A stretch of 64,000 nucleotides of DNA from Octopus vulgaris (lineage: Eukaryota): assembly GCA_951406725.2 (NCBI GenBank), contig OX597830.1, positions 8,122,001 through 8,186,000 on the forward strand, in the 5' to 3' direction. Position 1 is the stretch's first letter. The number at the start of each line of letters is the position of its first letter. The position numbers and the translations under genes were made by a program. A model generated the notes under the pieces. The model ran no database searches. It was not told the origin of the DNA and saw nothing but the letters and a program-made list of their open reading frames with translations. Positions 27,916 through 42,038 of the stretch are shown here, one piece after another.

Positions 27916-28637
27916 AATGTGCCCTTTTAAAGCCTAGCCAGGCTCGTGGGCCCAGTTTCCCGGTTTCTATGGCGTATGTGTCCCCAGCTGGACGCCAGTC
28001 CATCGCAGTGTTACTCATTTTTGCCAGCTGAGTGGACTGGAGCAACGTGAAATGAAGTGTTTTGCTCAAGAACACAACGTGTCACCCAGTCCAGGAACTG
28101 AAACCACAATCTAACAATCATAGTGCTGACACCCTAACCACTAAGCCATGCGCCTCCATATATATATATTGTTGAAGACCCTCGCCCAAGGTGCAACACA
28201 GTGGGACTAAACCCGGAACCACATGGCTGGGAAGAGAGCTTCTTCACCACACACCCATGGGTGATTATGAATAAGAGTTTTACAAACATCTTCTAAAGCT
28301 GATGACAGATTATATAACAATGTCTACAGCAGACCTTTACTACAGCCAAGCAAAACGGTATTGACATGGAATATTCCTGCACCAGTGACAGGTTGTGCTA
28401 TGACCCTTAAAACATTGATTTCAAATTTTAGCACAAGGTCAGCAATTGTGTGGGGTGAGTGCAACCCACTGAAAATATTGCAGCATTTTTTTGCACAGAG
28501 CTAATTAATTCCACCACATGTACCCCTTGAGGGCTGGCTCTGGCTCCCATCTTATCTTCTAAAACACAGGTAGTCATGTATCTCCCTTATACCAAGACAC
28601 CTGTGTTTCTTACTCTCATAGTTTAATCTCTTAACAT
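27106..28637. repeat. 1.5-kb near-perfect palindrome centred on (TA)n in NUDT19 intron 2
   Basis: About 27106-27838 is the reverse complement of about 27911-28637, with roughly 7 substitutions and one small indel. Confidence 0.93.
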
Positions 28638-28983
28638 CTGGTATGAAGCCTTGCTCCCCCTCCTGCCACTTTGTCAAGGGGGCTTTTTTAAAATCTTTTT
28701 CATTTTCCTGCTCTTTTCCTCTATTGCAAGCGACTTTGTGACCTCAGTAGTACCAATGATGCAAAGACAGCACCCAGTACACACTGTGGAGTGGTTGGTG
28801 TTAAGAAGGGTATGCCGAAGATGGTATGGAAACTCAAGGAAGCCCTGCAACTAACCAAATCCTGTCATACTGAAACCTTATTGTTGCAACCAAGGGTGAA
28901 CCAGGAACTGAGATGAGAAGAAGAAATGTTCTCAACAGGAAAATAAATAATATATAAATATAAAAAAAAAAAAAAGAAATTAC

Positions 28984-29176
28984 CTGGTAAAAAAACCAAT
29001 ACCCCATCTTTGCAATTGATTTTCACAGGTAAGAATCTCTTGGGTTGTAAATAGGGAATCGAGGTGACCGAATTGTGAAGGTCTTCCCAGCTGGAGGAGT
29101 TCAGGTGGTAGATCTCCCATAATTGCGGAGGGAAAATATGAAGTTTCTGTGAGAAATATTCCATTGGTGTTAACCA
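28984..29176 (-). CDS. NUDT19: NUDT19-like, exon 2
   Basis: gtccag acceptor and gtaat donor, 193 nt. Encodes WLTP...IFPPQLWEI...RFLP...DGVLVFLP, matching the NUDT19 W.SP...PPQ.YE...LP pattern. Confidence 0.87.
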
Positions 29177-29594
29177 CTGGACAGGAATATAAAAGAAGAT
29201 GATACACATTATATCAAAATTATATTAAAATTAAGGATAAAATCTATATTAGATTTTATCAGGGAGTTAGCATGCAATCAACCAGTTAAGGTTAAATTAA
29301 TCAATTTATAAATATCTATCAAGGGCAACAGAATATGTACACAAGTTGCCAATGTCTAAAATCTACCTTAAAATATCACCATAAAGTATAAACGCATGCT
29401 GAACATGTGTAAATAAATGAAACAGATTCATGAAATGGTTCAATTACACATCAATTGCTTTCAAGATTAGGGGGTAATCCCTTTTTCTGTCATCAATGTA
29501 ATATAACCCAATCAATGCATATCAACACAAACAAAATACACACCCATGAAGCAGAACGGCTCCACAGCACAAATACACCGTTTGAACTTATATA

Positions 29595-29805
29595 CTCTTT
29601 TATTAGTTTCAGTCATTTGACTGCGGCCATGCTGGAGCACCGCTTTTAATCGAGCAACTCGACCCCGGGACTTATTCTTTTGTAAGCCCAGTACTTATTC
29701 TATCGGTCTCTTTTGCCGAACTGCTAAGTAACGGAGACGTAAACACACCATCATCGGTTGTCAAGCAATGCTAGGAGGACAAACACAGACACACAAACAC
29801 ACACA

Positions 29806-29840
<35 letters not shown>

Positions 29841-30002
29841 GACAGGCTTCTTTCAGTTTCCGTCTACCAAATCCACTCACAAGGCTTTGGTCGGCCCGAG
29901 GCTATAGTAGAAGACATTTGCCCAAGGTGCCACGCAGTGGGACTGAACCCGGAACCATGTGGTTGGTAAACAAGCTACTTACCACACAGCCACTCCTGCG
30001 CC
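29595..30002 (-). mobile_element. Full-length SINE family A inserted into an older foldback element
   Basis: Reverse complement of the 17023-17416 family, interrupting an inverted repeat (about 29400-29594 vs 30135-30285). Confidence 0.8.
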
Positions 30003-32378
30003 TATATACAGAATAAGAATTCAAAAATCTCATTTCATTTATTTCAATCACATGTTAATAACCAAATATTATTAACCAAATATTATTAACATGTGATTGA
30101 AATAAATGAAACGAGATTTTGAATTTTTGTTTTGTATATAAGCACAAACAGTGTATTTGCACTGTGGAACCATTCTGTTTCATGGGTGTATATTTTGTTT
30201 GTATTTATCTGCATTGATTGGGTTATATAACACTGATGATAGAAAAAGAACCACTTGATGAATCCGTTTCATTTATTTGCATGTGAGTTTATACTTTGTG
30301 GTGATGTAACAGCTGATTGGGTACCACTTTTGTAATGTGGTGTATTATCTTATTTATATGCTTTCTACTGAGATAGATAATAAATATATTTTATCTCTTA
30401 AGAATCTATATTGATAAACCCATCACTTATAACTTAATTATAAGTGCTATCACTAAACATAAATCCTAACTCAAGCTACATAAATGCCGTAGTGAAAAGT
30501 ATATATATCAATACATTTGAAAGGACATGTTGAATGTGCATGTATGTTGAAGATAAGTTTGTGTTCTTTTTCACCGCTATAAAAACAGTTTCATAATTGC
30601 AGAAATAAATTTCATTAACAGGTTGGAAAGAAGTGAAGAAAGAGAAAATATTTACTACATTGGTTTATTTATGTACATTTAATATTTACAGTACATTTAG
30701 GAGTAAGGCAATTTGTCATAGAGAATTACGACCAACGAATACTAGTCTAAGTGTCGTGAAGTCTATTGATAATCAAACATCACTATTGTGAGTGTTGTGG
30801 AGTTTAGTAACAACCAACTGATTAATTTCCCAAAAATCAGGGTTTTTAAAACTGCTCATACCTGAATTCTAAGAACCGTATTTCATGAAAGAATTCTCTT
30901 TAATGAAAGTTTAGAATTCTAATATGGGCAGTAATTTTAACCAATCATGACCATTGCCTTTTACGACTAGCTGGTTGCTCGCTACAATGATAACTTGAGG
31001 TAGATTTTAGACATTGGCGTCTTTTTCTAGTTGGTGACTTGTATACATACTTGCTTGTGAAAACTTGTTGAGGCAAGTGAAATCGATATCGAAATCAAAT
31101 TCGATGACTGGCCTCCATGCTAGTGGAGTGCTAAGAGAACCATACAGTGAGATCGGGGCCAGAGCAACAAGCTGGCCTCCAAGCCAATGGCGTTAGGAAG
31201 GGCATCCAGCCAGATCAGATTGGAGCCTGTTGCAGCCATCTGGTTTGCCAGACCTCAGTCAAATCGTCCAACCCATGCCAGCATGGAAAGCAGATGTTAA
31301 ACGACGATGATGATGATATGTATCAAATGATAAGAAGAAGACAAAGAAAATTCTTTAAGACATCTTTAATAATTTGTAGTAGTTTAAGACAGACTGCCCG
31401 TGGGGGCTCATCTATAAGGACGACATAGTATTTATAGCAGAGACTCTGGAAGATTAAGAGGAAAAAATTCCAAAATTTAGAATTGCAATGTCTTAGTGTT
31501 GACTTAGAGAAGAAAGTAGAAGAGAAGAAAGAAGTCTGATAACATCCGAGAAATGGGTCGATCATTATTTAGGACAGGAGTTAGTAGATACCTTGATGTA
31601 GTGTAGCCTGGTGCATCTATTGATGCCCAAGAATTGTAGTGGATTTGAAGACAAGTTGATGCTGAATAAATATTTTAGCTGTGGAGTAGTGGTCCATCAC
31701 AACACCATTAAGGGGAAGTGATTTTGTAGCAATTTAAAAGTAGTTTCTTTTCGGGGGGGGGGTAAAGATAGAAAGTGTAGAGGCCCAGGATTAGAAAAGG
31801 GCTGAATAAGTTTAGGGAGTTATTACCTTAACTGACAATAAGACAATTTCTCTGAGTGAAGAAGATGCACGTGTACAAAGTGTAATGCTGTATGGGTGGT
31901 GAGAGGGTGGGCCCTGAAAGGCAAAGGTTGGAAAAGAACGAAATGAGGACAATCTGTTGCATAACAAGGCAGTCACGCTAATCCTGCCTGAGAATTACGT
32001 TAAGGGTACACGTGTCTGGGGAATACTCGACCACCTATACTCCAATTTCAAGAGCAGATTATTCAGCAGATCGAACGAGCGAAGTTGTATCTTCACACAC
32101 ACACGCACACATTGTTTGTCTTTATACCAATCCAATATTAATTAAACTGAAGAATTAAATATTTTTTGGTAGAATAATATGTTTACTAAATTTTTGAGAG
32201 AAGAGGAGGGACAATGACTTTGAAATATCAAACAGTGGACGAAAACTAGCAGGCCAAGATTTTAAGGGCAACACCCACGGACATCCTAGATACACGCGAG
32301 CGCATTCTTTTTTTTTTCTTTTTTTTTCAATATTTCTATGAACAAACAATCACCATTATGAAAGTATTTTTCACTAAC

Positions 32379-33215
32379 CTTGTAGTCGACGTATTCCATC
32401 CCATCTAAGCGTATGTGTGGATGTTGGTGTTCATCAAGAAATGTTATATAAAACACTGTGTCGAATCGTTTACTTGTGGCGTGGGTTGGCGTCAACCAGT
32501 TGGACCATTCGGACAGGGCTGTTATGTCGGGAACAAGCTTCAATTCTTTACACATGAATAAAAAATTTTCTGGGTTCTCCACAACACTTTGTCTCCAGAA
32601 TTCCGACAAATCAAGTGGCAGGTGACATATTTTCGGTATACACCGCCTCCTGAATACTTGTCCATTTCTTGTGTCGTGGTTTTGCATAAAAGATTCCTCT
32701 TTGTCTTCGTCTGTTTTATTTTCTTCTGCTTTTCGTGCAAACAAGACACCGATTTCTTCGAATACCTCTCGAATGGCTGTGATACGGAAAGCCACTTCGC
32801 TGGGTATTGCACTAAACTCCGGCGACCTCTGTCTCCGGTACATCGGGGTCCCTTGGTTATTATCACCAACACAATTCTTTCTCCGATTGTTCTTAAAGAA
32901 ATTCACCATTTGACCTTCGGGTGTTTGCTCTTCACCTTGTTTAAGGGAACCCATGCTCAGCACATCCAACCACTGGGCAGAGAAATCCGCCTCTTCGGCC
33001 GCTCCACCTGGAAATACGTGAGCTTTTGGGAAATTGGATATGACAGCAGTTCTCTCTGCCATAAACACTTGGAAATTCGTCTCGGGTGGTCGCGGGGTGT
33101 TTTCTTGAGGCGGTGGCACCGCGGCCACCTCTTTGTAACATTGTTTCGGTTTCAGCCGCCTCACAATTATAAGGGCCGCAGATTCCTTCCAACAACGGAG
33201 AACAGTTGCTGCCAT
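32379..33215 (-). CDS. NUDT19: NUDT19-like acyl-CoA diphosphatase (Nudix hydrolase), exon 1
   Basis: ATG at 33215; WKESAALI, FPKAHVFPGG..EEADF, a split Nudix box ...AIREVFEEIGV, WSNWLTP and RFDTVFY; donor AAG/gttagt at 32379/32378. Confidence 0.92.
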
Positions 33216-35069
33216 TTGTGGAATAAACTCCTGGTTCCTGTCTTAGCAGTGACGGATATCAATGTTTGACAAAATATTTCAAACTAGGACACATGTGTGT
33301 GTGTGTGTGTGTTATTGTGTGTTAGTCGATGACAAATGTTGCAGAATGCGACATCAAAATCCACTGGGAGAGAAATATTAGTTGCGACTTCGTAAAGCCA
33401 TTTGCCTGGTGTTGTCTTCTTTTTTCTTTAATCTTTAATCCTTCTTCTTTAACCTTTACTCTTTAATCCTCAAGAATGCGAAACGTCTTGTTGTTAAGGT
33501 TTAACAGTTACCTCCCTTACATCTGCAAACGGTGACACCCAAGATACGACCACTTTAACAGAGATTCCGGACTTTACCGTCTGACAGAGAAACTATTTCG
33601 GAATGAATACTTAACGATGCGATTGATTTTTTTCTTTTTGTGTTTCTAGTTGTATTCGATAAAATTTGAATACAATTTATAATCCATTAAATTATTTTCT
33701 TCTAATTGTATTCTTAGTTGGGATTTCTGCTATTATTAGGTTTACGGTTATTGTCTTACGATAAAAATTTAAGAATAAAGTTTAGGATCTTGGAAGAGAG
33801 CGAGAGAGAGAGGGTTGAAATTACCGAAAATTTCTGATTCCTTAAATAATACATGGTCATAATTGGAAACTGACGCGTCACTCCGTCGGTTACGACGACG
33901 AGGGTTCTAGTTGATCCAATCGACGGAACAGCCTGCTCGTGAAATTAACGTGTACCCACAGATACATGTAGCCTTAACGTAATTTTCGGGGAAATTCAGC
34001 GTGACACAGAGTGTGACAAGGCTGGCCCTTTGAAATTACAGAGTAAGAGAAAGTTGAGGTGAAAGGGTTCAGCAAGGTTCACCCTCGCCCCTTGCTGGAG
34101 CCTCGTAGAGCTTTAGGTGTTTTCGTTCAATAAACACTCACAGCGTCCGGTCTGGAAATCGAAACCTCGATCGTACGACCGCGTGTCCGCTGCCCTAACC
34201 ACTGGACCATTGCGCCTCCACAACTGAAAACTATACAAGCAACAAAGAACAAAACAAGACACGAGACCGTAAAAGCAGATTCTCACAGATAAACTGTTCC
34301 TACGTAGCACCAGATACACAAAATTAACCGACCATTCAACAAATAGGTTTTTAAACATCATTCTACGGCGGAATTGGTTCAATTTCTAATCCTGTTTTAA
34401 CAAGGAAAATTTGAAAGGATAAATTTGAACAGTTAGTGATATTCGTTTCTACTCTAGGCACAAAACCCGAAATTTGGGGGGGGGGCAGTCGATTAGATCG
34501 ACCTCAGTACGTAACTGGTACTTAAATTATCGACCCCAAAAGGATGAAAGGGTAAGTCGACCTCGGCGAAATTTGAACTCAGAACGTAACGGCTGACGAA
34601 ATACCTATTTCTATTTCTTTATTGCCTACAAGGGGCTAAACACAGAGGGGACAAACAAGGACAGACAAATGGATTAAGTCGATTACATCGACCCCAGTGT
34701 GTAACTGGTACCTATTTAATCAACCCCGAAAGAATGAAAGGCAAAGTCGACCTCGGCGGAATTTGAACCCAGAACATAAAGACAGACGAAATACAGCTCA
34801 GCATTTCGTCCGGCATGCTAACGATTCTTATTTCTTTCTTGCCATATTTCTAGTGCAATACAATTCCTTTATTTCAATCGATTTTGAAAATTATGAAACA
34901 AATTCTTCATTATCAGATTAAATCGGTGTTTGGAAGAAAGGTTGATATAGGCGCAGGCATGGCTGTACGGTAAGACGCTTCCTTCCAAACCACATGGTTC
35001 CGGGCTCAGTCACACTGCGTAGAACCTTGGGGAGGTGTTTCTGCTAGAGCCACAGGCCAACAAAAGCAT

Positions 35070-35295
35070 TTTTCTGCTGCACCTGGGATGAATGTGGGAG
35101 GTTTTTCTGCCTCACCTTGCATCAATGTGGGAGGTTCTTATGCCGCACCTTGCATCAATGAAGCAGGGGTTTCTGCCCCACCTTCCAACAAAGACCCTAT
35201 GTAAAAGGGAGGCTTTTCTGCCGCACCTCACATCAATGTGGGAGGGTTTTCTGCCACACCTCGCATCATTGAAGCAGGTTTTTCTGCTGCACATT
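35070..35295 (+). repeat. Degenerate minisatellite, about 33-bp unit GGAGGGTTTTCTGCCGCACCTTGCATCAATGTG
   Basis: About 6-7 copies, visible as the repeating WEVFLPHLASM peptide in ORF 35092-35313. Confidence 0.8.
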
Positions 35296-35907
35296 GCATT
35301 TATTCATATATAAATATGTGTGTGTGTTTATGTATGTATGTATTTTTATATACGTACACATACATAGCTATGACTAATGCTATGAAGTTTACCTGTTATT
35401 TGTCATTTCAAATGGACTACATTTGTTGTGTAGAGTTACTCCCCTTACATCACGGTCTTCGGTAAAAATGAATTGAAACTTAATTAGTAATTAAGAACTA
35501 TTTGCTGAGTCATTATGCTCTGTCTGTGATTAAATATCTTGCTTGGATGAAAGAAGATTGTACTGTCTAAACGCTGTAACTTACCTCTTATATATGCAGT
35601 ATTTTATACATACACTTATACTTTATACATGCTTATTTATATATACACACATATACATATATTCCAAAATGTAGCTACATGTGGATTGCTGGCGATTAAT
35701 TTCCTCTGTCTTCCTTTTCTCTTGGGCTTTCCTCTGTCTCCCGTTTCTGAATAGGAGCTTTGCACGAAACGTAAAACACCCTTTCTTTCCTTACCTGAGC
35801 AATTTATTAATACTTTGCATGTACCCCGTCCTCGTATTGCTGTTTGTTCTTGTCTTTTTTCTTCATTTTTTTAAAAATAATTATATATATATGTATGCAT
35901 ATATTCA

Positions 35908-35939
<32 letters not shown>

Positions 35940-36935
35940 GATAGAGAGAAAGAGAGAAAGAGAGAGAGAGAATGATTCAAATGAATAGATAAAACTTTGG
36001 ATTTTAATGTATAAAAATATATATACGTGTAAAAAGATATGTGTAGATTTATATATATCATCATTATCATCGTTTAACGTCTGCTTTCCATGCTAGCATG
36101 GGTTGGACGATTTGACTGAGAGCTGGCGAACCAGATGGCTGCACCAGACTCCAATCTTGATCTGGCAGAGTTTCTACAGCTGGATGTCCTTCCTAACGCC
36201 AACCACTCCGTGAGTGTAGTGGGTGCTTTTTACATGCTACCAGCACAGGTGCTAGGGGAGGCTGGCAGCGGCCACAATTGGTTGGTGCTTTTTACCGGCA
36301 CAGAAGCCAGTCAAGGTGGTGCTAGCATCGACCACGTTCGGATGGTGCTTTTTACATGCCACCGGCACAGGTATCATAGCTACTGTTTCCATTTGATATT
36401 TATTTCGATGTTTATGTATATATATATATATATATATATATTGTACATTAAAACCCAAGTTTTTATCTGTTTATTTGAATCATTGTCTCCATACCTGCTC
36501 ACTGCTCACCTGGATTCTCCTTGTAGCCATTCTTTAAGCTGCAGACTTGGTCCTCAGTAAAGTTATCAGTCTTTAAATAAAACCATTTGAGCATTACTAA
36601 GTGTTATTTTTAATCTAAGATTCTCTCAATCTCATCTGTTGATTCTATATATATATAAACTATGAGAACCAGAACCAGTTTCGTGTCTTATGCTTATCAA
36701 ACTTCCAAGGTCTCAGATTTCCATAGAGAGAGAATTTTTGCTAAATCTTGGGGACACCATTTCTGTCACTGGTACTCCTAGTTTATTATATAATATTGTA
36801 ATACAAGTCTTTGTTTCATTGTGATCTTAATATTAGCATAAATTTTATTATACAAACCTCCTGTGCATTTTTACCATATTTTCCTTTCTTAAATATCTAC
36901 AACCACGTGTAAACAAGAACTGCCACCTTTATGTG

Positions 36936-36968
<33 letters not shown>

Positions 36969-39900
36969 AATCATAATAATAATAATAATTTGAGGGAAAA
37001 CTTACAGGGAAAAATTCAATTTAGAAATACTAAATCAAATTTCACAAAATATAATATATATATAAAAACTAGAAAAAAAACACCTTTTATCAATTCAAAA
37101 TTATTATATACAAACTGCCGTTTATATAGAGAGAGATTTATTGTTATTTTATATTTAATATTTCTATTATATGTATTGATAAAAGGTGGTTTGTTCTACT
37201 TTATATATATATATAGATAGATAGATAGATATACACAATCATATAACACTCATGTTCCATGCTGGCAGAAGTGTATAACTTTATACACATCCACATATAA
37301 GTGATTATGTGAGTATACAGGGATAAAGTTATCTAGGTGGGTACCATGGTAGTTCTGAGATAGACTCCAGGTTACGGCTAACCTCATCAAGTAGTGATAA
37401 GAATCAAAGATTGCTTAGTGTTAGCAATCATGCTATAATTTTTCTGATGGATAACTCTGGGTTCACTTCTCTGGATTATGAAATTTTTCAGGAGTGTAGA
37501 TTCCAAACAGTTATATAGAATATGGAGAATGGTATATCATCAATTTTTTCTTTTTAATTTTACAGTTGATCTAATGGCAAAATTAATTGCTTACAATAAT
37601 GACCAAATAATTATGCTGACCAACTGTAAAATTAGTAGAGAAATTTGAAACGGTGCCAGTCTCCATAATCTTTGTAATTGTTTGAAATATATATTCTTTT
37701 ACTTGTTTCAGTCATTTGACTGCGACCATGCTAGAGCACTGCCATTAGTCGAACTAATCGACACCAGGACTTATATTTTGTAAGCCAGGGACTTATTCTA
37801 TTGGTCTCATTTGCTGAACCACTAAGTTATGGGGATGTAAACACATCAACATCAGTTGTCAAGCAATGGTAGGGGGATGAACACACACACACAAATATAT
37901 ATGTCTTCATATATATATATAAGTATCATCATCATCATCATCATCATCGTTTAACGTCCGTTTTCCGCGCTAGCACGGGTTGGACGGTTTCGACCGGGGT
38001 CTGGGGAGCTAGGGACTGCCCCAGGCTCCAGTCTGGTCTGGCAGTGTTTCTACAGCTGGATGCCCTTCCTAACGCCAACCACTCCGCGAGTGTAGTGGGT
38101 GCTTTTTACGTGCCACCTGCACAGGTGCCAGAGGGGTCTGGCATCGGCCACGTTCGGATGGTGCTTTTTATGTGGGGGGGGTGCAGGAATATAGGGGAGC
38201 ACCAGTGGGGAGGGGTGGTTCAGAGAAATGATGACAGGTTGTAGGCAAGTAGAACGTAGGATATCAAGAGAGGGGTAATGCATGGTAAAATAGCGTATTG
38301 AAGAGGGGGGTTCGAAGAGTAGACACCTATAATGGTGGTGGGAGAAACGACATCCGGTATAGATGGAGCAAAAATAGAGATATCCGGTATTGGTGGTGGG
38401 GGTGGGCAGGGCGGGTGCACCGCGATACACGAAGGTCGATCATAGACGAGAGGAGAAATGAACAAATCAGACAAAATAGATAGAAATCAGATAAAATAGT
38501 TAGATAGATAGAGAAACATGTATGATCAGTCTAGGAGTGAAAATAGGCATTCAAACTTATCTGTGCACGGGATTATATAGCTGGTAGATGAGGTAGATGA
38601 ATGAGAGAGAGAGAGAGAGAGCACATGTTGTGGGTTGCCTTCTAAGTAAAAAGTTGTCCGGAAGAAGGATTTTTGGAGAAGGCAGAAGTGTATTAAAGGA
38701 AAAAGGTTTCAAGATGGCGAATCGAAGGTCGATCATATAACGAGAGAAGAAATGAACAAATCAGACAAAATATAATAATAATAATAATAATAACAATAAT
38801 AATGAATGACAACAAAAGAATAGGACCTAGATATTAGATAAATAGAAGAATTTATATGTATAGTTTATACAACAATCAATAATAGCCAATGAGAATGCAT
38901 CGTGGCCCTTAGCTCCAGCATTTGAAAATCTGAGTCCTGTTATGACAACTTACTGATTGTCCTACACTATACATACAAACACACACATATATATGATAGG
39001 CTTCTTTCAGTTTCCATCTACCAAATCCACTCACAAATCTTTGGTCGACCTGAGGCTATAATAGAAGACACTTGCTAAGGTTCCACACAGTGGAACTGAA
39101 CCCAGAACTATAAGGTTGGGAAGCAAGCTTCTTACCACACAGCCACTCCTATGTAATATTTCAGGCTAATGAGTATAAGTCAATTAGTATGCTGATGTGT
39201 TGAGTAAAGCACTGCTACAGTTTGGGCTACCTGATGTCATCCACAATTGGGGTACATTTCCTTTGGATCTACTTCAGGAATTCTGCAGTGTTAGTTAGTG
39301 TAAAAGACGTATATATTCCCTAAATGAAGTGGGCAAGTAACAACATGACTGCCCCAGAATCAAGATCTTTAGCGAGACACCACTTCACGTATGGATGTAC
39401 TTGATGTGACCCAGACTGCAAGATTGATGCAACATAATATGAGGCACAGCACCTCACCCATAAAGGGTGGATGCAGGATGGGTCGAAACAATCGTCATAC
39501 AAAATTAGTAGTTATACCAATTCCATCTTCTGTTTACTTAATTGATTATTATAGATACACACACACACACACACACATAGCAAATAAGAAAATGGAGGAG
39601 CATGTTTTTTAATAATACTTGTATTCTTATTTTTATATGCATTGAATAATATGCTATATGTGTGTATGTTATTATAATAATTATCATTATAATAAATAAA
39701 TAACTTATCAATTTTAATGTCCTAAAGTTGATGAACCAACTATTGTTCCCCTCCATTTTCGTATTTGCAATATAAATTAATGGTAAAATATCTCTTTACC
39801 TTCACTCATTTAATACACTAGGTAAGTTAATTGCAATGCAATAGAAAAACACTTGTGTATTAATAATTGGGTATTCTACCAACAGTATATTGGATGGATA

Positions 39901-42000
39901 TTATCCCTTAATGGGTTGGATCCACAACCCCTAACGTTCTTGGAGTATACATATATATATATAAATAAATAGGTATTAATCCCAACTGCAACCTGCCAAA
40001 TGAGCTTAATGCATGAAGACTGATCAATCAATTTGTACAGCAACAGACAGTGTTCTGAGTCATGTCCCTCCTTAAGAAACAAACTAACAACAGCCAAAAT
40101 ATACGTAATTTGCAACACAGCTCCATAAAACACTGGATGCAGCTCTCCAGATTACCAATTCCTATCAAACCGTCCAACCCATGCCAGCATGGAAAACGGA
40201 TGCCAAGTGAAATCGTAGTGAAGGCTGGTGCTGGTGTCACATAACTGGCACCCATGCCAGTAGCACATAAAAAGCACCTTTTGAGGATTGCACCTCACAG
40301 AGGCAAAGTGGATGGTGCTAGTGGCACATGAAAAGATCCTTTCGATTGTTGGGCCTCATGGAAGCAATGACCGAGACCTTTGGCATTATGTCATGCTTGG
40401 GAAGAACACCCAACAAGCCAAGTAAAAAATTGCAGCTGTGGCAGATACTGGTGTCGTGCAAATGGCACCCATGCCAGTGGCACGTAAGAGCACCCATTAC
40501 ACTCTCAGAGTGGTTGGCACTAGAAAGGGCATCCAGCTGTAGGAACCAGGTCAAAGCAGACTGGGGTCTAGTGTAGCCTTCTAGCTTGCCAGCCCTGGTC
40601 AAACCGTCCAACCCATGCCAGCATGAACAATGGACGTTAAATGATGATGATGATGATGATCTATACACACAGACACAGGGACTGGTTGTCTCACAGACTA
40701 CTGACGGCTTTCATTAGAATTTAGACAACTTTAATAAGATGATTATCCTGTCTTCACTATCATGCCCTAAGATTGACCCTGTGTACCCTAGACTGCAATG
40801 ATCTCTTTGCAGTACCACTGCATAACATCAAAATAATTGCAATATTTCACTGCAACAATTTCTTGTTTTAAAATAACACTTTCTTTAAAACTGGTGTCAC
40901 TAATTAAAAAACAAAAAAAGGTGTGAATTCCATTTAAACTTTAGTTGTGTTTGAACTCAGGTCCTCAGTTAATAAATAAGGGATTGGGAATAGGGGTTTG
41001 TTTTCACAGGATTTTCAGGGCAATTTTTGTTTTTTAATTTAAAATACAGATTTGTGCAACCTCATAAAATGTATCTCTTCACCAGACAAAAGAAATGAAA
41101 ATCTTTTACACTCACAGTTTGACATTTTTTTTGAAATGGATAGAATTATTTTTGTTAATAGATTTGATAAAATGAATTTATTTTTTTATTATATTTTCTC
41201 TGTGATATTGAAATGAGCTGAAAGAGAAAAACTAGGAATGGGTGATGTCGGATGTAGTGCTTAAGGGAGGAGATGGGGCTGCATACATCCCTGAATCAAA
41301 GGGAGAAATACCTCTAAGCATTTCGCATGGTTGTTTGGTAAAAGAAAAGCTACGTGATTTAAACAGATGAAATCTGCAAGAGAGGGACATGGAGAGGGAC
41401 CAAGGAAGAAGTGGAAAAAGAAGGTATCCCTCAAGGTGGTTGAACTTCAAATGGTGAAGGGTTGTGTTGGAGAACATCTGTCCAATCCATGGAAACATAG
41501 AAGAATAAAATGGTATTAAAATAATGGCAAGCTGGCAGAATTCTTACTGTACTAGACAGAATGGTTGGCACCATTTCTTTTGGTCATACCTGTTTATGTT
41601 CTGAGCTGAAATTCTGCTGAGGTCGACTTAACCTCTCATTCAATAAGGGTCAATAAGATACGTACAAGTTGAGTACTGGAGGGGGGGGTCAATGTAATCG
41701 ACTTCTCCACCCATAAAAATTGCTGGCTTGTGCTAAAATTAGGAAGAATTATGATTATTATTATTATTATTATTATTATTATGAGCTGGCAGAATTGTTT
41801 GAGCATCAGAAATATATACCTTGTGGTATTTGTTCCTACGTTTTACATTCTGAATTCAAATCCCATCACAATTAACCTTACTTTTTAGAGTCGATAGAAT
41901 GAAGTACCAGTCATATACTGGAGTCAACGGAATCAACTAAATCCCTCCTTTTGAAATTGTTGGCTCTGTGACTAAACCAGAAACCATTTATTATTATTAT

Positions 42001-42038
<38 letters not shown>

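Noticed and set aside
28298-28335. CTGATGA hits at about 28299, 20793 and 52126
   Set aside because: No downstream helix II-GAAA-NUH arrangement or helix I pairing, so these are chance matches.
32286-32378. C-terminal extension of the 309-aa Nudix ORF (VSEKYFH...)
   Set aside because: Intron read-through past the gttagt donor. The conserved NUDT19 sequence continues in exon 2.
32589-33269. 226-aa plus-strand ORF (and 51000-51542)
   Set aside because: Antisense shadows of real coding exons, with no recognisable motif.
36664-36716. Possible hammerhead on the minus strand (GAGACC...GAAAC UGGU UCU GGUUCUC)
   Set aside because: The CUGANGA box is not recognisable, so it is too degenerate to call.
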